The notes beneath the pieces were generated by a model. The model had not been told where the DNA came from and made no database searches. It worked only from the letters and a program-made list of their open reading frames with translations. A DNA stretch of 62,986 nucleotides, counting the filler, from Octopus bimaculoides (lineage: Eukaryota), in assembly GCF_001194135.2 (NCBI RefSeq). It is 7 parts of 7 records of this genome, joined end to end, with 100 filler letters (N's around TTAATTAATTAA, not from the genome) between each part and the next. Parts side by side here need not be neighbours in the genome. Positions count along the whole stretch, not along the records: positions 43,644 to 52,782 come from NC_068987.1; positions 52,883 to 55,356 come from NC_068984.1; positions 55,457 to 60,734 come from NC_068988.1; positions 60,835 to 62,986 come from NW_026354060.1; 3 more parts are not named here. One strand, 5' to 3'. The stretch's first letter is position 1. Every line of letters starts with the position of its first letter. Below, piece by piece: positions 51,936 through 62,986 of this stretch. The translations under genes were made by a program, and so were the position numbers.

Positions 51936-52714
51936 CATACACGCATACGTTCGTATGTACATACATGTGTACATACATACATACACACACATACAAGCAG
52001 TTACATACGCACACACATATATACATAAATACATACATATATACATAAATACATACATATATACATATATGTTTTCATATATAAATTCATTCATGTGTAC
52101 AAACATACTTGTATACATATATTCATGTTCCATACATACATAGCATACACGCAAGGATACATACAGAGAGATATACACACACACATACATACATACATAC
52201 ATACATACATACATGCATACATACATACATACATACATACATACATACATGCATACATACTTACATACATACATACGTACGTACATACATACATACATAC
52301 ATACATGCATACATACATACATACATATACACATACATTCATTGATGTTTACATATGCACCTACATATATACATACATGCTATGTACCTGTATAAGTACG
52401 TATGTTTATAATTATGCATTTATAAATGTAAGGACCGATGTATACCATTACGAATGTACGCACAAATACATATACATGTGCGCGCGTGTGTATATTTAAA
52501 TGAATGTGTATGTGTATGTGTGTGTGTGTGTGTATATATATGCATATAAATATACTAAAATGACTATGTATATATATATGCTCGTGTGTATGTATGTGTG
52601 TGTGCGCGCGTGTGTCTGTAAGTACGAGTGTACATAATTGTTAATACAAGTTGTAATGACTAATGACTGTGTATATATATATATGTTCGTGTACTGGTAT
52701 GTCTGTGCGCGTGT

Positions 52715-52782
<68 letters not shown>
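51935..52782. repeat. long (TACA)n / (GT)n compound microsatellite
   Basis: Direct reading. Confidence 0.92.
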
Positions 52783-52882
52783 NNNNNNNNNNNNNNNNNN
52801 NNNNNNNNNNNNNNNNNNNNNNNNNNTTAATTAATTAANNNNNNNNNNNNNNNNNNNNNNNNNNNNNNNNNNNNNNNNNNNN

Positions 52883-52923
<41 letters not shown>

Positions 52924-52925
52924 TA

Positions 52926-54425
52926 ACAGTCTGGTGCAAAAGTATTTGCAGTTTTTAACCATTATATCTCAGCTCAGAATAAATTTTCTGAAATCAAAAT
53001 AATAACCATTAAAATCTATAATAGCTATTAGATTTTGTTGCCAACAAGAAACAAGTCTTTTTAATTCTGGTTGCTTTGCATGCTGATATCCTAGAACTGA
53101 CAAGTTCTTCAAATTTGAGTTGTTGCATAGCTGTTGCATTCTTCTTTTGCAAAGCATTATCAAGATGCTTGAAAAGGAAGAATGGGGTGGGTCAGTTGGA
53201 GGGTGGTGTGCAGAGTAAGGTTAGTGGAGTATGGTTTTATAGCTCACATATTCCAATTTCGGCAGAGTTATATGCAGGACATGGTTGGATGTTGTTGCAG
53301 AGAAGGAATGATACTTTTTGATCAACCAGTGCTTAACATGAAAACTGTAAATCCAGAAACATTTTCTCAATATTTGTCTTTACTAAGATGGCAAGCTGGC
53401 AGAATTGTTAGCACAGCAGGCAAAATTCTAAGCTGCATTTCATGTCTTTATGTTCTGAGTTCAAATTCCACCTTGGTCAATTTTGCCTTACATCAGTTTG
53501 GGGATCAATAAAATAAGTATCAGTTGAGCACTGGGTTTGACATAATCAACTTTCCCTTGAATTTACTGACCTTGTGTCAAGATGTAAAATCAATAATTGC
53601 TTTGGCAGTACATTTTTTTGCTTTGTTGGTTTTCTTCTAGCAAAAGATGACTCCCCATGCAGACCATCAACAAGTGATCATAGCCCTTCTTTTTGAGGCT
53701 GTTTTGGTTTGAGAAAGTGTTTCTGTACATCACTTCAATTTAGCCACTCCAGCAGTTGTTATATAGGATCCACTTTCCATTACATCACACTGTGTGATCA
53801 GAAAATGGGTCTATTCTGTAGTAGAAAAGTGATGCAGAGCAGAATTTGTTTCAGTGACTTTTTTCACCCTTAAGCTTTTGAAGCATCTATTTGCTGAGCT
53901 TGTTTGACTTTCTCATGTAGCGATATAATATCCTACAACAATGTCATACAACTGTTGAATAACCTACATTTAGTTCTTCACCAACTTCTAGTGATGTTTC
54001 GTATGGAGCCTCTCCAATACTGGGCTTCAGCTGGTCACCATCATTCACCTAAGATTGTCCATGATTTTCAAAGCTATCATTTCTGTCATGCAGTTTTTGT
54101 TACCAGTATTGAGCTGGTCATTCATTCATAGTTCCCTGGTCAAATGTTTGGTTAATGCCTGGAGCAGTTTTTGCTACTTTGCATGCCATTTTCAACTTAT
54201 ACAACAAAGTTACTTGAATTTGCATTTATGTTTCTTTCCTTCTTCAATTTGAAAGCTTAAAACAAACAGAAATAAGCCAGGAAGTCTAGACCATTAGTGT
54301 AAGTAATTAGACTGTTATCTGCACATCAGAATTATGTGAAATAGTTTAATGAAAGAGCATTCAAAACTAGGTGTTGAAATTTAGAACAGAAACAAAAAAC
54401 TGCTAATATTTTTATACCAACATTA
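52926..54425 (-). mobile_element. heavily decayed mariner with Hsmar1/MADE1-like TIRs; SINE Y nested at about 53385-53590
   Basis: TIR ctggtgcaaaagtatttgcagttttt and aaaaaactgctaatatttttataccaa; transposase remnants LLYKLK..KVAKTA..INQTFDQGT, EELNVGYSTVV, LVSCWQ..IDFNGYYFD. Confidence 0.75.
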
Positions 54426-54429
54426 TGTG

Positions 54430-54678
54430 TATGGCTGTGTGTGTGTGTGTGTGTATGTATATATATACACACACATACACACCACAGGCATGTGTGTGCA
54501 TGCACATATACACACTTGCATATGCACATGCACATGTATGCGTGTGTAAGTATATATATATATGTATATATATATATGTATATATATATATGCATATATG
54601 TGTATCTCTCTCTATATATATATGTATATATATATATATATATTTGTATATATGTATATGTATATATATGTATGTATA

Positions 54679-54754
<76 letters not shown>

Positions 54755-54845
54755 TATTTACATGTATGTTTATATATATGTGTATATTTATGCATATTTA
54801 TGGTAAATATGTGTGTGTGTGTGTGTGTGTGTGTATTTATATATA
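54430..54845. repeat. compound (GT)/(TA) microsatellite
   Basis: Direct reading. Confidence 0.95.
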
Positions 54846-55238
54846 TCTGTTCATTCACTCGCCTACATTGGTAAGACTTTGAACAAACCTGCATAGAAAC
54901 GACTACTTTGGATGAATATATACTGCAATTAACCAACTAAGTGCTCTTAGATGCTACATCAAAAAATGTTAGGACACTTATTCAGCAGAAACATATGTTG
55001 GATTGGAAATTACTGATAATAATACTGTAATAAACAAATTTTGAAGATGTATAATTTTTCATTCTTTTTTATGAGGTCTTGTATACTGTATGAAATCCAA
55101 AAAAGCAAACTCAGGATTTTCCTGTTGAGTGAAGTACCATATAATTGTTTATCTTTAACAATTGTGTATCTTCCCAATCATTTGATGTGGTTAGTCACAT
55201 CTGGATTGTATCAGAGTGCTAATAAGTATGTATGTATA

Positions 55239-55286
<48 letters not shown>

Positions 55287-55481
55287 TATACATACATACA
55301 CACACACACACATAATGCACACCCACTTCTGTTGCTATCAAGTTTATCCTGATATANNNNNNNNNNNNNNNNNNNNNNNNNNNNNNNNNNNNNNNNNNNN
55401 TTAATTAATTAANNNNNNNNNNNNNNNNNNNNNNNNNNNNNNNNNNNNNNNNNNNNTATATATATATATATATACATGTAC

Positions 55482-55521
<40 letters not shown>

Positions 55522-55939
55522 CAAGGTATTTCAAGATGATGATGGTGGCAGTGGTGGTGGTGGTGGGAGTTGCAGATTCAAATGTAAAATAAATAAACAT
55601 ACATTTTATTTATTTATTCATTTTACATTTGAATCTGCAATTCCCACTACCACCACCACCACCATCATGAAAAATACCTCCTACACACAAACCAATGATG
55701 AAGCGTTTACCTGGTCACCCAACTTGCTAGACATACCAGCCAAATCTCCCTCATATCATTCATATTTACTGTCTTAAAAAATAAAGGGACATGTTGGATA
55801 ATGTGGTTCTGAGATATGATAGTCATGGTTGGCTGCTGGAACAGGTTTGACCTTGGGTGAAAACAACACAGCCAAAACTATAAACCTTCTACAACAACCA
55901 TCACTACCACTATTGTATTATTACCACCCCCACCGCATC

Positions 55940-56290
55940 TGTCTTTATGTTCTGAGTTCAAATTCCGCCAAGGTCGACTTTGCCTGTCATCCTTTCAGGG
56001 TTGATGAATTAAGTACCAGTTGTGTACTGGAGTCGATCTAATCGACTGGACCCCCCTCCCCCAAAATTTCGGGCCTTGTGCCTAGAGTAGAAAGGAATAT
56101 TTAGCACGCCAGGAGAAATGCTTAACGGTATTTCGTCTGTCTTTACGTTCTGAGTTAAAATTCTGCTGAAGTTGACTTTGCCTTTCATGCTTTCGAGGTC
56201 GATAAATTAAGTACCAGTTGCATACTGGGGTCAATCAAAATCGACTGGCCCCCTCTCCCAAAATTTCGGGCCTTGTGCCTAGAGTAGAAA
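55940..56290 (+). mobile_element. two tandem SINE Y copies
   Basis: Both end cccaaaatttcgggccttgtgcctagagtagaaa. Confidence 0.85.
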
Positions 56291-56332
56291 AGTTTATTAC
56301 TACCCCCACCACAACCACCAACAGCCCTATAC

Positions 56333-56402
56333 CATAACTGAAGTTTTCCAACCAGGACCATTCTGACATCTTTTTCTCAAACATCGCATAGTAAATTTGG
56401 GA
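56333..56402 (-). CDS. possible coding exon (SQIYYAMFEKKMSEWSWLENFSY)
   Basis: Open frame in unique sequence between SINEs; acceptor atattgtag and donor G|gtatag are both modest. Confidence 0.3.
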
Positions 56403-56964
56403 CTACAATATCTAACATGTTCTCTTTGCGCCTTTCAATAGAACTACTTCTAAGGGAGACAAATAGACAGACAGAGACAAGCAGACAGATTATGAGAGAG
56501 AGAGAAATACAAAGACAACAGAAAGATGACAAAATCATTGCCTCACTATATAACTGGTATGTTATTTATCAATCCCAAAGAGATGAAAGTAAAGTTGGCT
56601 TTGGTGGAATTTGAACTCAGAGTGCTAAGATCTGGAACAAATACCATCTATCCGACATACAAAAAATTCTGCCAATTTACAATATTTTTTTAAGAAGATG
56701 ATGTAATTTGAGGGACATTTGGTTGTTATTACTAGCAGGTCATGCAATCCTGCAAAGGTTTTCCTATTGGTTTGTATTATTACAGGTGTGTGTAAAGCCG
56801 TGAGTTGCCAGAATCATTAAAGTGCTGCGCAAAATACCTTGTGGTATTTATTTGCTTCTGACACTTTAAGTTCCGAGTTCAAATCCAGCCTGAATCAACT
56901 TTGCCTTTCATTTCCCTCAGTTGGGAGGTGGGGGTCAATAAAATAAAAAGTAGTTACGTAGTAG

Positions 56965-57262
56965 GCACAGGAGTGGCTGTGTGGTAAGTAGCTTGCTTAC
57001 CAACCACATGGTTGTGGGTTCAGTCCCACTGCGTGGCACCTTGGGCAAGTGTCTTCTACTATAGCCTTGGGCCGACCAAAGCCTTGTGAGTGGATTTGGT
57101 AGACGGAAACTGAAAGAAGCCCATCGTTAAGGGCATCCAGCTGTAGAAACTCTGCCAAATTAGACTGGAGCCTGGTGTTGCCATCCGGTTTCACCAGTCC
57201 TCAGTCAAATCGTCCAACCCATGCTAGCATGGAAAGCGGACGTTAAACGATGATGATGATGA

Positions 57263-57330
<68 letters not shown>

Positions 57331-57530
57331 TCCCCCCAACATCGCTTGACAACTGATGGTGGTGTCTTCACGTCCCTGTAACTTAGCTGTTCGGCAAAAG
57401 AGACCGATAGAATAAGTACTAGGCTTACAAAGAATAAGTCCTGGGGTCGATTTGCTCGACTAAAGGCGGTGCTCCAGCATGGCTGCAGTCAAATGACTGA
57501 AACAAGTAAAAGAGTTAAAGAGTAAAAGAG
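56965..57530 (+). mobile_element. full-length SINE family B with nested RTE-type 3' tail at about 57128-57262
   Basis: Complete head to gagtaaaagag tail; insert aagggcatccagctgtag...ggacgttaaacgatgatgatg. Confidence 0.9.
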
Positions 57531-57614
57531 AGTTAATTTAATTGACTAATTCCTATCCTTCGAAACTGCTGGCCATGTATCAAAATTAGAAACTTCCTTT
57601 TCTGTTTTTTTTTT

Positions 57615-57825
57615 AAGGCAGTACGCTGGCAGAGTTGTTAGCAAGCCAGATGAAATGCTTAGCATTTCATCTGGCTTTATATACTGAGTTCAGATTCTGC
57701 TGAGGTCAACTTTGCCTTTCATCTTTTCAGGGTTGATTAAATAAGTACCAGTCAAGCACTGGGATCAATGCAATCAACCAGCCCCTCCCACAAAATTTCA
57801 GGCCTTGTACCTAGAATAAAAAGGA
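57615..57825 (+). mobile_element. SINE family Y
   Basis: gctggcagagttgttagca...aaatttcaggccttgtacctag. Confidence 0.8.
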
Positions 57826-57935
57826 TTATTATTATTTTTATTATCATCATCGTTTATTACTGTTTGGTATCTTTATTTTTATTTTTATTTGTTTTTTCCT
57901 TTGTTTTACAGTCTGTACTAATTGCAAGAGTTTTT

Positions 57936-58281
57936 TTAGAGATTTTTTTTACTTTTCTTCAGTTTCCTGTCACTGTTCCCTTTAATCCGTCTAATGTTAG
58001 TGTCTTTGTACTCTATTAGAGACTGTCCTTTCTTTTTGATAGCCTTACTCTTACCCTTAAGTTTCTTCTTCTTTACCATTTTATCCTTTTTACTCAGTCC
58101 CTTCTTTTCCTTCTTCTTCTTCTCATCCTTTGCATGGAGCTTTTTCACATCATCTTTCTTTGTGGTCACATTATATAAACGATCAGACATAAATTTCGGA
58201 GCAAAAATTTCCTCCCATTTTGTGTTTTTAAAATTGCTGTCTCGGTTCCGGAAACAAAGCATCATCTGTAATACTTCATTG

Positions 58282-58322
<41 letters not shown>

Positions 58323-58694
58323 TCCAAGAAAAATGAAATCAAGGCTAGGATCAAAAGACTTCTGTTCTGAGCTTTTTACTGACTCTTTTACAGACGTTCT
58401 CACATAGAAGTGAGAAAATCCATCCTTGGCAGCAGTACTAGAAATCTGGGATGGTGAAGGAGATGAAGCTGGACACAACTCCATGGACTCATCTTTAGTG
58501 AGTGAACCCTTAGATGAAGGTTTCAAATTACCACGTTGGATTTCGGGCAGAGAGACACTAGTTTTATTGGCATTCACTTTTGTCAGTATATTTGAATGCT
58601 GAGCCACATAGTTGGTCATAAATGGTATGTTAATCTGTGGTGCTTTCACTGAAGAAATGAAATCCTTGAAGAAACATTTACCATCAGTTGGTTT
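57936..58694 (-). CDS. large coding exon (253 codons including stop): Ser-rich region, poly-Asp tract, Lys-rich tail; product unidentified
   Basis: Very strong acceptor (T)24-cag at 58695; frame open from KPTDGKCFFKDFISSVKAPQ to KKSKKNL*; mixed AAA/AAG codon use; possible internal donors TAT|gtgaga and AGG|gtaaga. Confidence 0.75.
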
Positions 58695-59279
58695 CTGAAA
58701 AAAAAAAAAAAAAAAAAAAAAAAGGAAAAAAAATATTCTTCAATTATCAATCCACAAGCAATCAATTACATATAATTACATTAATTACAATCATTTATAA
58801 ATTATTGCTAGGATGGCTGTTAAATCTATCTTCATTTATCACAGAAGATTCATTCATCACTGATCCAGGATAACATGGTATGCTCAATTGTGAACCATGT
58901 TATGCTTATCATATATTGATCTCTAATAACATGAGTTGGCAATCAAAGGCTCTGCTTGTACTGCAAAAGCACACACCAACAACCACCCACAATGTTCAGG
59001 ACAATTTAGGGTCCCAGAATGAAACCTCTTTTCCCATATGTTCTATGATTTATCTATCACTGTAACATGCTTTCTTGGAACCAAAGCTGCTATGATAATT
59101 GAAGATAAATGCATTAGTTTGCTTTGTTTTGTTTTTTGTTGGTTCTTTTTTGATTGTCTGGAGAGATAAAGTTGATAATGGATTTGTTAGACCAGCAAAG
59201 CACAACCCTTCAACTATCCACAATGCTCAAGACAACTTGGGATCTTGGAATGAAACCTATTTTCCCTCATATGTAGTTG

Positions 59280-59545
59280 TTGCCAGTGCCGCTGGACTGG
59301 CTCCTGTGCAGGTGGCATGTAAAATGCACCATTTGAGCTAGGTTGATGCCAGTACCGCCCGACTGGCCCTCGTGCCAGTGGCATATAAAAGCTCCCACTA
59401 CATTCTCGGAGTGGTTAGTGTTAGGAAGGCATCCAACTGTAGAAATTTTGCCAGATCAGATTGGAGCCTGGTGCAGCCTTCTGGCTCGCCAGCCCTCAGT
59501 CAAACCATCCAACCCATGCCAGCATAGAAGGCGGACGTTAAATTA
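59280..59545 (+). mobile_element. SINE with RTE-like 3' tail
   Basis: Matches 42360-42600, ends ccaacccatgccagcatagaaggcggacgttaaa. Confidence 0.8.
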
Positions 59546-60019
59546 TACACTACCAACTTCAAAGAAGGGAACAACACATTGACTGATTCAGTCCAAAAAA
59601 GGATGGGATGGTCACAACTGGAATAGCTTTGATCATAGCTCTATTTGTTTGATCAGGATTGACCTAGGGCTAAATAACCACAGAGCAGGACACATTAAAT
59701 AACACAGTTATCAAAGGAAGGAAGGAAAAAATTTAGAACAGAAAAAATGAAAGAAAGAAAGAAGAGAAGGAATAAAAGAAGATAAACACTTTGAACAACA
59801 AACAGCTTTGACAGACAAAGAGACACGCATATAGAGAGACATTTGAAGGACAAAAAGCTTTGATAAAAAAAAGGCAGGCAGACAAACAGAGATAAAGCAT
59901 ACATAAAACCTATCCCGAATTGCAACAAATGCACAAACTGATGCCAGACACCTGTTGAGTACATGCACATTGAACCCTTCTGATGCTATTTATAAACTAA
60001 TTTTATCATAAATGGAATA

Positions 60020-60240
60020 TATGATTGTCACCTTTAAAGTCTCAATATGTCTGGGTCAAACTCATGAAGACTACAAACTTGAGGTAATCCTTAAACACCC
60101 ACAAGGAACAAAAAAGAAACCAAGGTGCCAGGGTTGGTGACCTAGGGTGATCTGCACACCCTGGATCTTGTTTCTTGATCTGCCTCCCTAAAAAGGGATT
60201 GATATGAATAATTCCTAATACTAATAGCAAAGATAATTGA
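60020..60240 (-). mobile_element. Tc1/mariner-type transposase relic (C-terminal)
   Basis: GRQIKKQDPG..HPRSPTLAP..LWVFKDYLK resembles the WPPRSPDL.P.DFFLWG.LK motif. Confidence 0.5.
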
Positions 60241-60382
60241 GTACATAACCGTAAATGTAGATGAAAGTCTTATGTAAATTTGTTGCAATGACAGTACTGA
60301 TGAAGGTCAGTGAATTCAAATACCTCCCTACCTTGCTTTGTCTCTCTATCTAGTTATCTAGTATATATATATATATATATGA

Positions 60383-60734
60383 GGAGTCATACCCAATGAC
60401 TGGTGTAGCAGCACCATAGTAAACTGCTACAAAGGTAAAGGTGACGCTTTAGACACTAATAATTACAGAGGCATCAAGCTGTTAGATCAGGTTATGAAAG
60501 TTACGGAGAGGGTCATAGCCCAACTAATTAGGGAGCAAATCAATTTAGATGAGATGCAGTTTGGGTTTGTGCCAGGTAAAAGCACCACTGATGCCATATT
60601 TCTAGTGAGACAGCTGCAGGAGAAATATCTAGCCAAGGATAAACCTCTGTACCTGGCCTTCGTTGACATGGAGAAAGCCTTTGACAGGGTCCCCCGATCC
60701 CTTATCTGGTGGTCAATGAGGAAACTTGGGATAG
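60383..60734 (+). mobile_element. RTE-clade LINE reverse transcriptase fragment, uninterrupted frame up to the gap
   Basis: GVIPNDWCSSTIVNCYKGKGDALDTNNYRGIKLL...QFGFVPGKSTTDAIF...LAFVDMEKAFDRVP. Confidence 0.95.
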
Positions 60735-60834
60735 NNNNNNNNNNNNNNNNNNNNNNNNNNNNNNNNNNNNNNNNNNNNTTAATTAATTAANNNNNNNNNN
60801 NNNNNNNNNNNNNNNNNNNNNNNNNNNNNNNNNN

Positions 60835-60942
60835 GAGAGGGCTAGAGAGAGAGTGTACAGTTGTATCACTGAAGACTGAGCTGTCAGATTCACTTGTGCT
60901 GTTTTCTTGGAAATAATGCCTGTTAATTTCCTTGCGGGTCTT
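60835..60942 (-). CDS. possible coding exon running into the gap (KTRKEINRHYFQENSTSESDSSVFSDTTVHSLSSPL)
   Basis: Branch-like ttctaac plus tttgaag acceptor; open frame. Confidence 0.3.
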
Positions 60943-61212
60943 CTTCAAATACAGTTAGAATTTATGGAGAAAAACAGTTTTCGTGTGTTTTTGCCAGAAT
61001 GTGGTTGAAAGACGTTGATAGTCAGAGCCAAACAGAGAATGGGTGGGGGGAAGGAAGGCAGTATAACCCAAACTGAGACAACAATTGGTGCTGCTGGTGG
61101 GAGTTTAAGAAAGAAAATACTGTAAAACAGAGGCAGAGTAGGGTGGCCCACACNNNNNNNNNNTTAAGAAAGAAAATACTGTAAAACAGAGGCAGAGTAG
61201 GGTGGCCCACAC

Positions 61213-61286
61213 TGATAGTCTCTTGGCTCAAATCCAATATACCGCTGCCTTGAATCCGAGAGATTCTCCAAGTGCTTGTTATCAAA
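61213..61286 (-). CDS. possible coding exon start (FDNKHLENLSDSRQRYIGFEPRDYQ)
   Basis: Strong acceptor ttaacttctacttcag; 3' boundary unresolved. Confidence 0.3.
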
Positions 61287-62129
61287 CTGAAGTAGAAGTT
61301 AAAGTAGTTAATAGTGGTGGTGGTGGTGGCAGCGGTGGTGGTGGTTGTCGATCTAATCCAGATGGAGGAATAAGATCATTAATCTTTGACCCACAAGCTG
61401 ATGCTTGCAACATATCATGCAGTCGCATCATTCACGCAGTCGCAACAAGATTCCATTTGTGGTTTGGATGCTGGAAACAAAACAAAGGGAAAACAATTAA
61501 GATGAAATAAATAAATGAAGGAAAAAAAAAGCTCTGAAGCTCAATGGTTGAGAGGTCACAGCGGTGGATTACTGAGTCACAAAGTCAAGTTCAAATTTAA
61601 CTATTACAGAAGTGATGTGGCTCTTGTCAATGTACACAACACTGACTGAGAAACAAAAACCCCAAAAAACAAAAGAAATAAGTCAAAGCGATAGTCTCTA
61701 AGTTGTAGNNNNNNNNNNNNNNNNNNNNNNNNNNNNNNNNNNNNNNNNNNNNNNNNNNNNNNNNNNNNNNNNNNNNNNNNNNNNNNNNNNNNNNNNNNNN
61801 NNNNNNNNNNNNNNNNNNNNNNNNNNNNNNNNNNNNNNNNNNNNNNNNNNNNNNNNNNNNNNNNNNNNNNNNNNNNNNNNNNNNNNNNCCCCAAAAAACA
61901 AAAGAAATAAGTCAAAGCGATAGTCTCTAAGTTGTAGCTCAAGTTGTTAAAAATAGCAGCCAGTCTTCTTGATCTGGACTAACCTAGAGCTAAAAAGCAA
62001 CAATATTCTTAGACTAAATGAAAAAGCTAAGACCAGGAATTAAAATTGGATGATCTGGAATTTATCTTCACAACATTCCACTATAATAAAAATAATAATG
62101 CTTCAAATTTTACCACAAGGCCAGCAATT

Positions 62130-62590
62130 TTGGGAGAGGGATTACATCGATTACACCATCTCCAGTGTTCAACTGNNNNNNNNNNATTTTGGGAGAGGGA
62201 TTACATCGATTACACCATCTCCAGTGTTCAACTGGTACTTATTTCATTGACCCTGAAAGCATGAAAGCCAAAGTTAATCTCAATGAAATTTGAACTCAGA
62301 ATGTAAAGACAGACAAAATGCTTTGCAAGGCCAACAATTTCAAGGAAGGGATTGAGTCCATTACTTCGATTCAAGTGCTTAGCTAGTACTTTTTTTTTAT
62401 TGACCCTGAGAAGATGAAAGGCAAAGTCAGTGTCAATGAAATTTGAACTCAGAATGTAAAGATGGATGAAATGTCCATTAAGCATTTTGCCCAGTGTGCT
62501 AATGATTCTGCCAACTGACTGCTTTCAATATTCATTTCTGATTTAGGTACAAGGCCAGCAATTTTGAAGGAAGTGGGTTAGTTAATAGCA
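62130..62590 (-). mobile_element. three tandem, CpG-decayed SINE Y copies
   Basis: Repeated gaccctga...atgaaag.caaagt...gaaatttgaactcagaatgtaaag. Confidence 0.8.
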
Positions 62591-62884
62591 TCAGTTTACT
62601 TTACCTATCCAATACCTTGTTAAATCCAGCCCCATTTTAAATAAGAGTATTTAACTTACCAGTCAACCAAGTCAGCACCAATAATATCATGAATATGGTA
62701 GACTATACCCAACCTAGCTAGNNNNNNNNNNCAGCACCAATAATATCATGAATATGGTAGACTATACCCAACCTAGCTAGACGAGGCCACTTCCGTTGTT
62801 CCAGATCCTGTAATGGAAATGAAGACAAAGTATTCTTAATGTTTATTTGGGAGGGAAAGAAGCACAGCTGATTATATATATATA

Positions 62885-62986
62885 TACATCATTTACATTA
62901 TTTACATTTGATGGATATTTGTCCTCATTTTGTTTATTGTCAACACAACGTTTCGGCTGATATACCCTCCAGCCTTCGTCAGGTGT
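62885..62986 (-). mobile_element. third hammerhead-bearing SINE tail, cut by the window end
   Basis: Reverse strand acacctgacgaaggctggagggtatatcagccgaaacgttgtgttgacaataaacaaaatgaggacaaatatccatcaaatgtaaata. Confidence 0.88.
62942..62986 (-). ncRNA. minimal type I hammerhead motif, intact core CUGACGA
   Basis: ACAC-CUGACGA-A-GGCUG/CAGCC-GAAAC-GUU-GUGU; all core nucleotides present. Confidence 0.72.

Noticed and set aside
58640-58694. DGKCFFKDFI resembles an EF-hand exit helix
   Set aside because: Canonical loop residues are missing and the upstream exon is unknown.
60296-60330. ctgatgaagg, a hammerhead-like start
   Set aside because: No stem II or GAAA follows at a suitable distance.
61104-61212. 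Exact direct repeats flanking short N gaps (also around 1636, 61709-61888, 62176 and 62722)
   Set aside because: Unmerged contig overlaps; assembly artefacts.

Overview
Eukaryotic, repeat-saturated draft-assembly window with about 20 N-gaps. Microsatellite density and the SINE/LINE families suggest an octopus genome (inference, not database-checked). Most of it is microsatellite, tRNA-derived SINEs of at least six families, R4/Dong-type and RTE LINE fragments, hAT-type MITEs and three Tc1/mariner relics. Nearly all listed ORFs are artefacts of simple repeats or gaps. Host-gene signal is on the minus strand: a 253-codon exon (57936-58694) and a candidate promoter near 17.6 kb, followed by two phase-compatible exon pairs (17445-17545 with 16604-16643; 7551-7677 with 7362-7405) of an unidentified protein. 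The most striking observation is a tRNA-headed SINE whose 3' tail folds as a minimal type I hammerhead ribozyme of the Penelope/retrozyme kind. The tail occurs three times, once as an inverted copy fused to the SINE 5' end, an arrangement known from Penelope insertions. Repeat boundaries were read by eye and are approximate unless a TSD or TIR is quoted.
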